Below, one piece after another: positions 43,443 through 56,896 of a stretch of DNA of 64,000 nt. Below the pieces are notes generated by a model. That model was given only the letters and a program-made list of their open reading frames with translations, had not been told where the DNA came from and did not search any database. The DNA is from Auanema rhodensis. Lineage: Eukaryota; Animalia; Nematoda. Within the stretch, counting starts at the first letter, position 1; the number at the start of each line of letters is the position of its first letter. The DNA lies in NCBI GenBank assembly GCA_964057225.1, contig OZ059895.1:13888001-13952000 (forward strand), written 5' to 3'. A program made the translations under genes and the position numbers.

Positions 43443-46400
43443 ATGGTCAAACCAAATGACCAATTAAGCGAAATGCTTAAACTATTCTTCATATTCTTAT
43501 CTTTCAGTATATCTTTCGCAGGTAATTATATTGTTTATATTAAAATATTTCTTATTCCTAATAAGTAATCTTATATCATTTTGAGATTATATATACTGTA
43601 CGTACTATTGTACGATGTTATTACATCAACAACATATTGTGTTTTTATTATTATTATTATTTAAATGTTTAAATAAAAATATATTTTAATTATAATTTAA
43701 TTATTTATAAAAAGAAATATAATTCATAATTTAGATAAAGTTGAAACATATTATCGTCCAGAAAGACAAACTGGTAGTGGTAGAGTAGGAGATGCTTGTA
43801 CTTATAATACTGATTGTCTTACTGTAATTCTCTTCATATCTTTAAATTCTTTTTAAAATTAAAATCTTAGGGAATGTACTGTAATTCGGGTTCATGCTCA
43901 TGCTTAACAACATATATTGCTGCTGAATCATATTGTCATCAAAGTATTTAATTCTAATTATATTTATTATAAACATATATTAATTAAGAGATTGATCCAG
44001 GACAGCCTGGCTGCTCATACAATGAGCAATGCTCATCGGTATGGCCAGATGCTTTCTGTGATTTAACTGCTGGAGCTGGTACATGTCGTTGTGGTGAAAA
44101 TAAGGTTGGTTTATTCAATCAGTATTCTAAAAATTTATAATTTTTCAATTATAGATTGAACGAGCTACTCGAGATGGTCATGTATGTGTTGAAGTATTAG
44201 ATGCTGCTCGTGAAACAACATTAGCTATAACATGTCCTCTTCCAGAAGGTGCTGGGTATGTTATATATAGATGTATAGATGTATATATTATTTATTTATT
44301 TTTAAAGTTTTACATCAACCTTAACTGATCCAAAACATCCAAGACAAAATGGTCATCCAGGTCCAATTCTTTGTAATACAGACAGTATTACTACTTCACA
44401 ATCTCCTTCAGAAGTAAGATGATTTTCAAATAGAAAAAAGTGATTGTCACGTCATTTTCACGTAAAACATTTCAAATTTTGCATTTTATTTTTAAATTTA
44501 TAATGAACTGGTTGTTGTTGTTATTATTATTATTTATGTTATGTTGTTTTATTTATTTTTATTTCTAATTTAGATTGGTGATGGATCAGTTGGTTGTGTT
44601 GTTGCATCAGATGGATCATATATTGCTGATTTATATGATTGTGTTAAATTTGTTTCTCCAATTGATTTAACTGATTCTGGATATAGTGAGAAAGCCAATG
44701 GAATTTGTTGTCCAAATAGAGGTTATTCATTCTTATTTCAATCATTTACAATATAATTTAACATTTAGCTTTTACTTGTGTACAGCCTACTGCTACTGGA
44801 CCTAATCCTACGGAACCAAGATGGTATTATAACTCTGTTACAGGTTAAATTAACTATATGATATAGTATTTCAACATATTGTTAAGGTGTGTGTCAGCAA
44901 TTTCAATGGGATCCTACGGCTGTTGGTCCTGGGGAACATTCTCCAAATAATTTCCGAACAATTCAACATTGTGAAAGTTACTGTAGAGATTGTTAGTGTG
45001 GAAGTTATATTAATTATGTTAATTATTTGATTATCTAGCTTGTACACGAGGTGCTCCTGAATATGATCCACGTTCATCATTTTTGGAACAAACACCTGTA
45101 ACTGGATGTTCACAATCAACTACTTGCTCAAATCATTTTGAATGTAAATCAGCTGGAAGTTCTCAATGGTGTTGTCCAACTGTTGGTATGTTATCAATGC
45201 TCAAGACTCATATTCATATTCGTATTCAGCTTCAATCTGTGGAATTATTGGTGGTCGACCATTAGATCAGTCAATTCATACTCGCGATACCGTATACCAT
45301 CCCGGCTTCACCAAACAGGTTTGTTTGCTCATCAGACAAAGATTTGATACGAAATGTGCGCTTCAGGGAACTCTGACATCTACCCGATACTACTATGATC
45401 CCGGAAGTGGAAAATGCTCGTCATTCAGCTATCGAGGTGCTGGTGGAAATTACAATAATTTCGTTTCACGAATTGATTGTGAACTATTCTGTGCTCGACG
45501 TGAGTTTTGGATGAAAAATCGTCATTTCATTTGAATTTTCATATTTAGTTCAATGTGATCGCGGAAATCCACTTCGTATTGGTGAAGTAACACAACCTTG
45601 TCAAAGTAACAATGATTGTCCATCATCACATGAATGTAAAGTTGATCAAGCTGTATGTTGTCCCAGAATGCGTAAGTTTTCATATTATCATTAACTATAC
45701 TAATTATATATTTCAGAAACAATTTGTACCCAACCTTTACGTCTTGGAAACTGTGATAGATCTGTACGTAGATTCTGGTATTCTGCAGCAACTCGTGAAT
45801 GTCAATCTTTCGAATACACAGGTAATAGCCATTTAAAACTGAATTTTATTTTATTTTTATGAATTATAGGATGCCAAGGAAATGATAATAACTTTGAAAC
45901 ACTTGTTGATTGTCAGACATTCTGCCGTAATGCTGCACGTATGCTTAAACAAGATTATCTGAAATCGTCTATAATTGAATTTTCAGCTGAACCTAGATGT
46001 GCTCAAGGCCAAGCTTACAAAGATACATCTGGAAAGTTTGTAACATGTGTAGCAAACAGACAAACATCATCCTGTCCAGCAAACTATGAATGTTATTTTG
46101 ATGGAAGCATGCATGGCTGTTGTCCAACTAAAGCCTATACTTGTTCTTTAAATTCAAATCCTGGAAAGACATGTGGTCCTGGTGTTTCATATAAATTCTA
46201 TTATAATAGTCATACACAAGTAAAAATAATATAATTTATATGTATAAATATATATATTTATAGGAATGTGAATCATTTGAATATCTTGGCTGTGATGGTA
46301 ATTCAAATAACTTTGCTTCTCGAACTGAATGTGAAAACTATTGTGGTGTTGGAGGTAGCTTAATCCTATTATCAATTCAATCTAATAACATCATGTTATA

Positions 46401-48870
46401 GGTTGTGCTAATGGTGGAACACCTCTCAGAGATAGTTCGGGAAGTTTGAAGCCTTGTACTGAGAGAGATGGTAGATGTGGTTCAACACACGAATGCCAAG
46501 CTGTTGCTCTGAATGCCGACGTTATTTCACATCGTTGTTGTCCTACGAAGAGCTACATCTGCGGTTTAGGACCTCAACCAGGATCTTCGTTATGTTCTGG
46601 TGGACTATCTGTAGTATCAAGGTTTTGATATTAATACATAATTTTAATTATATCATATAATTATAGATATTATTTCAACAAAGTAACAAAAAAATGTTCG
46701 CAATTTGTTTATAATGGATGTGATGGAAATCCAAATAATTTTGCTTCAATCAATCAATGTAATTCCTTCTGTATGGCATCTGGTTAGTTTATACGTAATA
46801 TAGTTAAGTTATATATAATAAAATATAATTATAGCTTGTAAAGCTGGTGATGTTGTCTATCTTAATCCTAATACTCAACTTCCAATCTCATGTAATGATG
46901 AAATGCAGAATAACTGTCCTAAGAATTTCCAAGTAACTCATTCTATAGAAATATTCATACAATATTTCCTTTCAATTCTAGTGTATCTATGATCAATTGA
47001 TTGATAAGAGTGTATGTTGTGGAGCAACTGATATGGGTGTATGTCCTGAAGGAGAAAAGGTATATCTCAAGATTTCTCAAGTTTTCTTACAAGCTTATAA
47101 TCTTTTCAACAGGCTTATATCAATGCTATGGATATGACTGTACGTGAATGTATGATTAATGAACATAACTCATGTCCACGTGATTATCTTTGTCGATTTA
47201 ATCCATCTAAAAATCGTTATTTCTGCTGTGGATCATTAACAAAGAGTATAATATATATAGTTTATTCTTCATTTAACTATATGATATAGATTATTGTCCA
47301 AGTGGTCGAGCACCGTATAAAGATCAAGTCAGTCTTCATCCTTTACGTTGTACTATGAATAAGCATATATCTGGATGTCCTGATGGTTTTGAATGTCAAA
47401 GTGATATCAAAGATGCTTTACAAGGATATTGTTGTTCTATTACTGGTTTGTTATATTTTAATTTATATAGTATAGTATAGTATAGCATAGTATATATTAT
47501 ATTTTTATAGATATATGTCCAAGTCGAGAAGATTATTATGTAGATGAAACATCTGGAATGCCCAGAGCATGTACTGTAAAACATTTCATTTCATGTCCAA
47601 ATGGATTCACTTGTATGTCACATACTGATGGTATCAATGGATATTGCTGTAAAGGATCTCCACCAATATCAGCTGAAGATGGATGTCCACCTAATGAAGT
47701 TGTATATATGGAACGAAATGAGGTAAAGTGACTATATAAAGAGATTTCAATTCAATAATATCGATAGGTTGTCTCTTGTGATCCATTTAATGGCAATCAA
47801 GGCTGTCCTTCATCCTTCTCATGTCAATTCTCAGTCTTGAAACAGCGTTACCAATGTTGCGGAACTGAATCTATTCCAGCTTTGATCGAAAGTAATCATT
47901 TGGCAATCAATAAGCTTTCAATAATTCTAATTGGTTCAGGTGATGGATGTCCATCTCGTCAAGTTGCTTTCGTCGATCCTGATACGAAAAAAGCGAAAAT
48001 CTGTACATCAGCAACACATTCATGTCCAACAGGATATTTCTGTCAATTCAGTAATGATAACAAACAGTTCCAATGTTGTGGTATTCAAAGTGATTGTCCT
48101 ATAAGAATGGTAATTTTATTATTTAATTATATTATATTAACTATAAGTTATAGGTTGCTTTCATTAGTATGACAAGTGAAGCTCAGTTATGTTCAATGCA
48201 GGGAGGACAACCATGTCCTGATGGCTTTTCATGTGTTAAGGGTAGAAGTGGAGGAGAAATCTGTTGTGCTGGTGGAGAAGGTTAGTTAAAGTTAGACAGC
48301 TTGTAACTATCTTCATTCACAGTTTGTGAATCATCTCAAGTTCTTGTGGATGGAGCATGCTTACCACGTCAACCAGTTGGATCTCCATGTCAAGATAACA
48401 TGCAATGTGTTGGTGGTTCTTACTGTTACAAGTCTGTCTGTCGTTGCCCATCTAAAACCAAAGAAGTTGCTCAACAATGTGTCCCAATCGAGCAAATCAC
48501 AGGTTTATTCATGATATAGTTAATATAGTTAATCTAATTATATAATTTATTCAGTTTGTACTGATCGACAAATTCTTGTGAATGATGAATGCCTACCTTT
48601 AGTCTCATTAGGAAGATCTTGTGTTCACACAGCACAATGTCCGTCACATGGTATTTGCATTGAAGGTGTATGCGACTGTTCAAGAGATTTCAAGCGTAAA
48701 GTTTGTGTTTTTTCTTATAATTTAGTTAATTCTCTTGTTTTCTCATCTTATAATCATAAGAAAACATCTATTTTAAGGGAGAAAACTGTGAAAAAGTTAT
48801 TCGAATGTCCAAACAACTTCCACTTGGCCCTATTCCAAATGTTGATATGATCAATAGACCTTTACCAACT

Positions 48871-48903
<33 letters not shown>

Positions 48904-49774
48904 ACTTATGCTCCACCATTAGACAATTCACAATTTGATGGTAAAGCTACAAGTAAAAATAGTTATTAATCATTCATTTAGCTATATGTTCTACGGGACA
49001 ACCACATATGAGTAATGGAATTGCACGCAAATGTGCTTCAGGGCAGACATGTCCATATGGTTATAGATGTTCCTTTAGTAAAACAGTTCAAGATTATTTC
49101 TGTTGTACAACATCTATACAAGATCTACGTAGTACAAGTATAATTTATAATTTATATATCTTAATTAATATTTTATTTTAGTTATGAAAGAAGCATGTCC
49201 TGTTGGTGAAGCTATGGTTTTCCCAAAAACTGGACAGCCTGTTATATGCTCTCGTTTCCATCGATGTCCTGATGGCTATGTTTGTCGACGAAATACACGA
49301 ACACGCCAATTCCATTGCTGTACACATCCAAATCTTCCAAATGCTCAATTAGATATGGAAACATATATAACTGAAGTTTATATTATATATTATACTAATC
49401 TATTATCTTTTATTTTTTTAGATTCGAAAGAAGACAGGTGATCAAAATGGAATTTATCTTACACCTGTTCGAACTCAATTGAAAAAGAAAAAGATAGCAA
49501 AAGGTTCAGCACCTTGTCCATCTCATCTAGTTCTTTTCCAAAGTGAAGTTAATGGGAAAACAGTGAAGATATGTCGTAAGTTCGCTACACACTGACTATG
49601 CTACAGCTTTCATCTCTATGCATACAATCAACAACACACACACACTGTTTTTTGTTTTCAGAGCTCAAGTGTCCGAAAGGTATGACGGCTGTTTCTGGCA
49701 TCTGTAGAACTATGATTGCACGTCGACCAATTTTGAAGCTACCCATAACCGGAATGCGTAGAATTGCTCAATAA
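43443..49774 (+). CDS. Large secreted Kunitz/EB/Lustrin Cys-rich protein (paralog B)
   Basis: Signal peptide ([16 protein letters not shown]); collinear with paralog A (GSGRVGDxCxYNTDCL, CPLPEGAG, [21 protein letters not shown], EPxCxQGQAYKD); ends GMRRIAQ*. Confidence 0.9.
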
Positions 49775-50674
49775 GCCTGTTTAACTATGTCTTTGCTGTT
49801 TAATTATGTTCTAAATACTTAATAGTTTCTTTAAACACATATAGTGAAAACGTCCAAAATTTGATATAAGTTATATACATATAGTATAATATCATTTCTT
49901 TCTCATATGCGTGTAATTTATATTATATCTTTCAATATTAACTATATATTATCGTCTTTCTATTCATATTATTGTATTTTTAACTTTATCAATACCCTCT
50001 ATCATGTATTTTGATTACCTTCTTTTGAGCTTATTACCTTTAATATTACTTTCTCCTCTTCCAAACAAACGCCTGTGAAACTAGGTGATACATATACATT
50101 CATTTTCATTTTTTTTTTGTGATGTTTTATAATATTATTTGAGAAAAAAAATTTGTTATAATTGCTTTTTCAACCATTTCTTCATCGTAAAATATTCGTA
50201 AAACCTTTTCCGCTAGAAGATCTGTATCTTCTTCGTCGTCATTGTGGTCATCTTCTTCTTCTTCATTTTCGCTCTTGCGTTCTGCCCTCTTTCAGTTTGT
50301 TATCATAAGGCTTTCGTCTCATCAACACCGCTTGATGATAATATGAACTTAGGTCGTCTCCTCTTCTATGGTCGGAGTTTTCTATTTACATATTTGAGAT
50401 GCTGTTGCTTCAAATCGTCGTCCGGCCCTTCTTCTAACTACGCGTGTTGTTAAGCTAACCTCTTCAGTAGCAGAACGTCGTTCGATTCGTCCATTCTCCA
50501 GAAGATAGAAGCCATTTAAACAACAGTCGAAGTGCTCCGTCCATTTATCAGATCCTCATCTCAGCTTCCTTCACGAAGTCACCGTTCATCAGGCTGAAAC
50601 CTCATTTCCAGCTGATTGATCAGTCTAATCTACTACAATCAAACTTTGATTTGCTAGTTCTACCCGAATATGTG

Positions 50675-53600
50675 ATGTTTTCCTGTATAACTCCACAAGC
50701 TAGAAGAAGAGGGAGTCCACGCCTTGATGATGCTGAATCTCATCTCTCAAGGTAACTCAATATTATATTTCATAATTTAACTAAACTATAAATATAAAAA
50801 ATATTTTATATTGTATTTAAGCTCAAAAATAAGTTTTTCAACTATCTCTTCATTGATTTTACTCTTACTTAGAAAACGTTGTTGATTTTTCAGATCATAC
50901 TCTGAACGTGGTGTCGTCCGCAATATCAACAGGGCTGTATGTGCTGGCTTAGCTAGACGTCGCACTACTTCATTACGTGGTCAGCTTTTTCTTTATAAAC
51001 CTTATAATATAACTAGTTTAATTATAATTAATCTTTATTAAGATCGTTCTTCACCACAACCACCTCCATTACCTGTTCATCGTCCACAAGCAGAAGAGTT
51101 ACGTTCAATTCTATTGAATACAAATAGATCGTCATCGAACCATTTATCAGCTCCTATTCACGTGCCTATTCCAACACCTATACTACTTCAAAAATCTATT
51201 CCTGACAATAAAATGAAAAAAATGGATCACTGGATGGGTAATGTACAAGCTGAAGGTATGTGAAGCCATTTTCATAAATGATCTGGATAGCTCTCACTAG
51301 ATCTAATTACAAATAGTTCTTCATATTATGAAATTTTATTAAAATTTACATAAAAATTAATATAATTATTATATATTTAAATATTAAACTTTTTATTAAA
51401 TATATAATTATATCAAATATCAATTGAGGAACTATTTCAACTTATTAGTTAGTTGTACTGAAGATAGAGATTAAATGAAACAGAAGGAAATATAAGAGAA
51501 GAGAGAGAGATAGAGAATGATAGGGAGAGAGAGAAATAGATAGGGACAGACTAGAGATGTAGCTTATTGAAAGATGGAATAAAGGGAAAAATCACGAACT
51601 CATCAGCAAAATCCAACTAGTAGTAATGGTCGCGCACTTGTGCAGCGCCCCTAACAGCTGTTCCTATGAAGACTTCTTGCCATTTCGGTGTAAAATAGAG
51701 GCAACAGCGGTTCTCGGTTCATCTCGTGCAAATGCATTGTCTGTATCTGTGTCTCTCTCTCTGAACTCTTTATACTATCTGATTGACTTATCGCAGCTGC
51801 TGCTCTCTTCATCAACTCGTCTCACCCCGTGAACGACTCAAAGTTTCTTCCTCTAATTCCCTCTATATCCGTGTATATTCCTCTTCACACAACTTTATTC
51901 AACTATCCTCCTACTCCTTTGGCTCATTTCAATTCTTTCTTCTAAGATTTTTCTTGTTATCTTACTCTCAGTCAGTTGAGACATTACGTTGACGTGTACT
52001 CTTTCACTTTCATATCTACTCTTCGTTTTTTCTCTATCTCTTTCTCTCAATGTTTCATATCTGCAAAAAATCATCAACTTCCAGCCTTGCAACCTACTCG
52101 TCAACACCTTTTGTATTGAAATCTACAATATCTGATGCCTGGCTTATTCGGTTGGAAAAACCGTATTCTGGGTCGCAAGACTCCAGAACCGGAAAGAGCT
52201 GTTCAAGTTCAAATTACACCGAATGTTATTCAAAATTCCAATGCTAATTCTGCTAATGTTCCACCTGATCAGCAAGCAATTGTACAGAATCAGACTCCTA
52301 AGCGATCAGTTCGTTTCAATGAAATGAGAAATGAATATGAGGATAATACATATGCAGCTGAGCCTGATTGGCAAAATGATTACGGAGAAGCTCGCGTAAT
52401 AGGTTCTGTATCTCCAGCTAACGGTAAGACATTGATTTTAATATCATTTAAATATTCTTTAAATGATATAAAAATGATGTTCTTCTAACATAAATTATAA
52501 ATTATTTGTTTTAACCGCGTTTGTTTTTCTTCTCAAAAGCTTTTCCCATTTCCCTCTCATAACTCCAGATGTTCTACGAGAGTAACAACATTATCATTAT
52601 TAAAACATTGTTGAATCATTCACATAACAAAGCAAAACATTAAGAAAAATGAGAAAAAGATGAAATTTCTAAATGAAATACTTTAGCTCAAATATAATTA
52701 AAACATTTTTTTAGATGTAATAGTATTAGGCATATTACAACTAGTGCAAAAAAAAAAAAGAAAGATTTACAACGACTGTCATTTAAATTTTTAACGAATA
52801 AGCTTTGATTTCAGGACGATCACGTAATGCTCTTGTTGATCAACGTGGGGGATGGCAATATGCTGATGAGGTACAACTTGTTTTGCAATTTTTCAAATCC
52901 TAGACTAATAGACTAATTAGCATAAATATGCATAGGTGCATAATCATTTTTGATAATTATAAAGCTAAAAACGGTTGTATTCAGATATTAATTGTATTTT
53001 TCTGTAAAAAAGGTTTCTTATTTGAGGTTCAAGTACGTGTTGCTCCATTAGCTACAGTTGAAGAAGAAACTGGACGACCTCCACGATCAGTTGTTAGATC
53101 ATCCAAAGCAGGAGCTGTACTTCAAAGTCTACGAGAGCAGGTAGAGTCTCGATTGTTGAGAATGTACATTATGAAGAATTCTATTGATTCTAGGATAATC
53201 CTGATAGAAGACATAATGTACCTGCATCATCAACATTGAATATTCCTCTTTCAAACTTTGGTGGCCGCATCAGTCCCAACAATATTAGTCCATCCTATGC
53301 TGCATCGACAACAACTGAAGGAACATATTCCATTCGAGACTCTTTAAGGTACTTAATATTTTATTTTATAATTATTTAATTTATTATTTCTTAATAGAGA
53401 TCATGAGATACAACCAACAAATACATTCTATCCTATTCAAACTGAATCAACACCATTCCGTAGTCAATTAGATGAAATGAATGTAGTTTTCTTACAATAC
53501 AACGATGAAGTTAAAAGAAGTATTTTACCGCCTCAGATCAATGGATTACCTCAAGTAACATAGATTATCTTTTTTTTTTTTTATTTGTTTTTAATTTCAG

Positions 53601-56325
53601 ATCAAAATGGCTTTTCTAAGAGCATTCCCTAATCTTACAAGAAATTATATAGAACAACCGAATGTCAAAATATATATTCAAGATCAGTCTAAAGCTGGCG
53701 CACAAATTTTTTATGAGCTTGAAGATACAAGGTTTCATTCATCACAATTGAGTATAAATATTATATTTGAATCATTTACAGAGATATCAGAAATAAATCT
53801 GTATTAAAGCTTAAGGAAAAATATCATATCGGATCTCATGGTGGCCTTCAATCTCCTGTTCGTTTTTTGGAACAACCAGATTATCTTTCTGAGACTGAAT
53901 TCGATAATGGTCGTACTAGGTATTTGATTTCTCTATCTTCAACCTCTTTATTTATCTTTTTCATCAGAATGACTCCTACTGTTTGTCGGCCAGCATCTGC
54001 TATGGCTCATGCTGAATTCGGCCCTCCAAAGCCTGTGCGTCAGAAAAGTTATGATCCATACATGGATAGTTATGCAAGCGAAAATAGTTCCGTTATTGAT
54101 TCAAGAGCTTCAGTAACCAGAAGTGGAAGTACAACACCAGTTATTGATAGAGAATCCAGGTGCGCCAAATTATTATTAGTTTTTGTAAATTAGATATACA
54201 AATATTCTCAAAAATAATAATTAAACTTTCTAATTATTTTCTTTCTTTTTCTTTTCTTAAAAACATCTTTTTTTTTTCATTTTCAATATATTCTGATAGC
54301 TGATGTCACAGAGAAAACATTGAAAATTTTTCTAAAATAAAGTGGAGAGGTGGACACACATAACACCACTCTATAAGTTTCTCGACGTACATTCATCTCA
54401 AAGGTCAGAGAATAGACTTTATCTCTTTTCTCTAGAAATCTCGCAATTTACTATCATATTTCTTCTTTTCATTTTTAAAGAAATACAGTTCATATTGAGA
54501 TAATAAGAGTACAGATATAGACTATTCAAGATAATTTTTACTTTTTCACATCAAAATATATTTAAAAAATGAATAGAAAATATAAATTATCCAATAATTT
54601 CAGAGCAAGAATGGAAACCATGGAAAGACAATTAGCGGGACTTTCCAGTCTTGTTCATTCTGCATTGGTCAGCAAAGGTATGAGTGAAACAACTCATAAA
54701 GATATGGCAGATTTACGTAAAGAAGTAAAACATTATCAAAATTACGTTTTGTTGCAAAATTGTGATCATCATAGATTTTGGCATTGCATCCGGAGATACG
54801 AGAATCTTCTGAAGAACCAAGTTCTATTCCTGAAAGCTTAACTTCTCATACACATCATCAGTTGGGTGCTTTGAAGCATAAGATTCAACAAGCGAATTCT
54901 GAAATACATCAACTTCGACGAACAGCTCAGGTATCTTTTAAAAACTTATTTTCTAAACAACCAACACACATATTAAGGCTAATGCTCAAGCTGCTAGAAC
55001 CTATATCAAGGATGCCCAAGAGCAGATTGCTAATTTGATTCATGAAAAGTTAGGAGGAGGGAGTATTTCCAGTAGCACTCGACATTCCGAGACAGATGCA
55101 GAAGATATGGGAAGAGAGGAGCACGCAGAACGATTAGCTAATCTTCTCAACCAATTGACGTAAACTTTAAAGTATATTTTCGTGGTTACCTGTGAGTTAT
55201 AGAGAATTTGAACAAAACGTTGAAACAGTAAGAAGCAGTGTTCTGCAAACGAACAAGAAGCTTCGTATGTCGGAGGTTGAGCAGTTGACTGAAAATCTGA
55301 CTGAGATTGGTCGAACAGCTGCTGCTTTGAAGAGTAATCTTACGAGAAAAGAAAATAACATAACTTTTGCCAATTTAAGCGGAATTCCCACCTATTCAAC
55401 AATCTATTGAAAGACGGTTAAAAGCAGATATGGAGAGAATAGTTCGGGAAGAGAAATTTATTAAGGAGCAAACAGCTGCGGTAGATCAAACTCTACGCAG
55501 GTAATTATAATTTTTGAAATGAATGCAAAGGTTGCTTGGTTCAGATGTAAAGGATTGGCAAATATTATGGTTACAATGAAAAAATTAGCAATGGTTCAAG
55601 ATCCTTCGTTACGATCCAAAAAGGATAAAGATGTCGTTTCAAATGGGTCTGTTCAAACCCTAAATTCGATGCAACTTCAAAACGGTACAGCGGCACCTTC
55701 CCCCCCTGTTCTTATGACACATGCATCAGGTAGTCGTGCTCTATGTGCATCAATTAAAGAATATTTTAACTTTAAGAAGCTCCAAAGGATCGTCCCGCAG
55801 TTTTTACGCCTACTGTAGATGTTAGAGCTCAGCCAAACGTTCCGGAAATTATTCCGCCTGTACCCCCAGCCCCGAAATATTATCAGTCTCCAACATCTAG
55901 TCTCGATGGAATATTGGAAGAAGTAAGAATAAAAATTGAGATACAGAAACTAATATTTTAATAACTAGGTTGGGCAACCGGGACAACCACCTCGCCCCCC
56001 AAGTCGTTTTTCAGTTACTGATGTTCGGAATAAATTTACGAAAGTATGTTAGATACATGAATTCAATAGAGTAAAATAATTATTTTCAGCCCCCAGAATT
56101 GCCAGATCAGTTGAAAAGTTTGATAGAAGACGTTGCTCGCCGAGCATCACCTGCACCGGAGAGGGATATTGTTGCTGAAAGAAGGCAAATCCGTTTCAAG
56201 TAGTCTTCAATTCAAACTTAAATTTCAGGCATGATTTAGAAGAAAGACAAGAAAGGCTTGCTGAGAAACAGAAACAATTAAAGAATCAATTTCAACAGTT
56301 ACAACAACTTACACCATTGCCTTAA
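50675..56325 (+). CDS. AIP3-domain coiled-coil adaptor (SRCIN1/p140Cap - KIAA1217/Sickle tail family), with alternative starts at 50675 and 52135
   Basis: VFLQYNDEVKRSILP...AFLRAFP...KIYIQD...FYELEDTRDIRNKSVLKL (AIP3-type domain) and RARMETMERQLAGLSSLVHSAL (p140Cap-like helix); Pro-rich tail; ends LTPLP*. Confidence 0.85.
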
Positions 56326-56577
56326 CGTTATCAGAGAATTTATGGACTAATATATTTTCATATATTATTCTATTTGTTTTTGTTGACCGAAGATATATAG
56401 AATAAATTTATAAATTATCTAACCGTAGTTACAAGTCAAAAGAAGAACATGAACGAGAAATATAACAAGATAAACATCCTATCCTAAGTCTAATTGGTAT
56501 ATTTTGAGCTAGAAAAAATCAGAGAAAAAAAACGAAAATAAAGAAGAAAACTCAGACTAAATAACAACTGCATGGAA

Positions 56578-56850
56578 TCATAAACTGCGAGGCTGATTTT
56601 TAGCTATTAGGTCTTCAAGATCTTTCAGACTACGTTCAAATTGATCCAGCTCTTTCTGTAATTGCTTCTTTTTGAACACGGAATAATAATTCACACCTGA
56701 AACATTTGGTATAAAGAATTTATGATTAAACTATCAACCATTGAAGGAAAAGTAGATTTTGAAAAACTCAAATCCAGCTCCTGCTGTTACACCCAACGCA
56801 AATAAAGCGTCCAAACGAGAAGCTGCGACAGTAAAAATACTTCTAAGCAT
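56578..56850 (-). CDS. SMIM4/UQCC5 (UPF0640)-like mitochondrial microprotein, ~76 aa, 2 exons; missed by the ORF track
   Basis: MLRSIFTVAASRLDALFALGVTAGAGFEFFKIYFSFNG|VNYYSVFKKKQLQKELDQFERSLKDLEDLIAKNQPRSL*. GAGFEFFKI...YYSVFKKK resembles the SMIM4 GxxMEWxMI...FYxVYRRK motif. One phase-1 GT-AG intron. Confidence 0.72.
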
Positions 56851-56896
56851 ATTCTAAAAATGTAACAAGCTTATCAGTTGAATCATAGAAAGCTAA

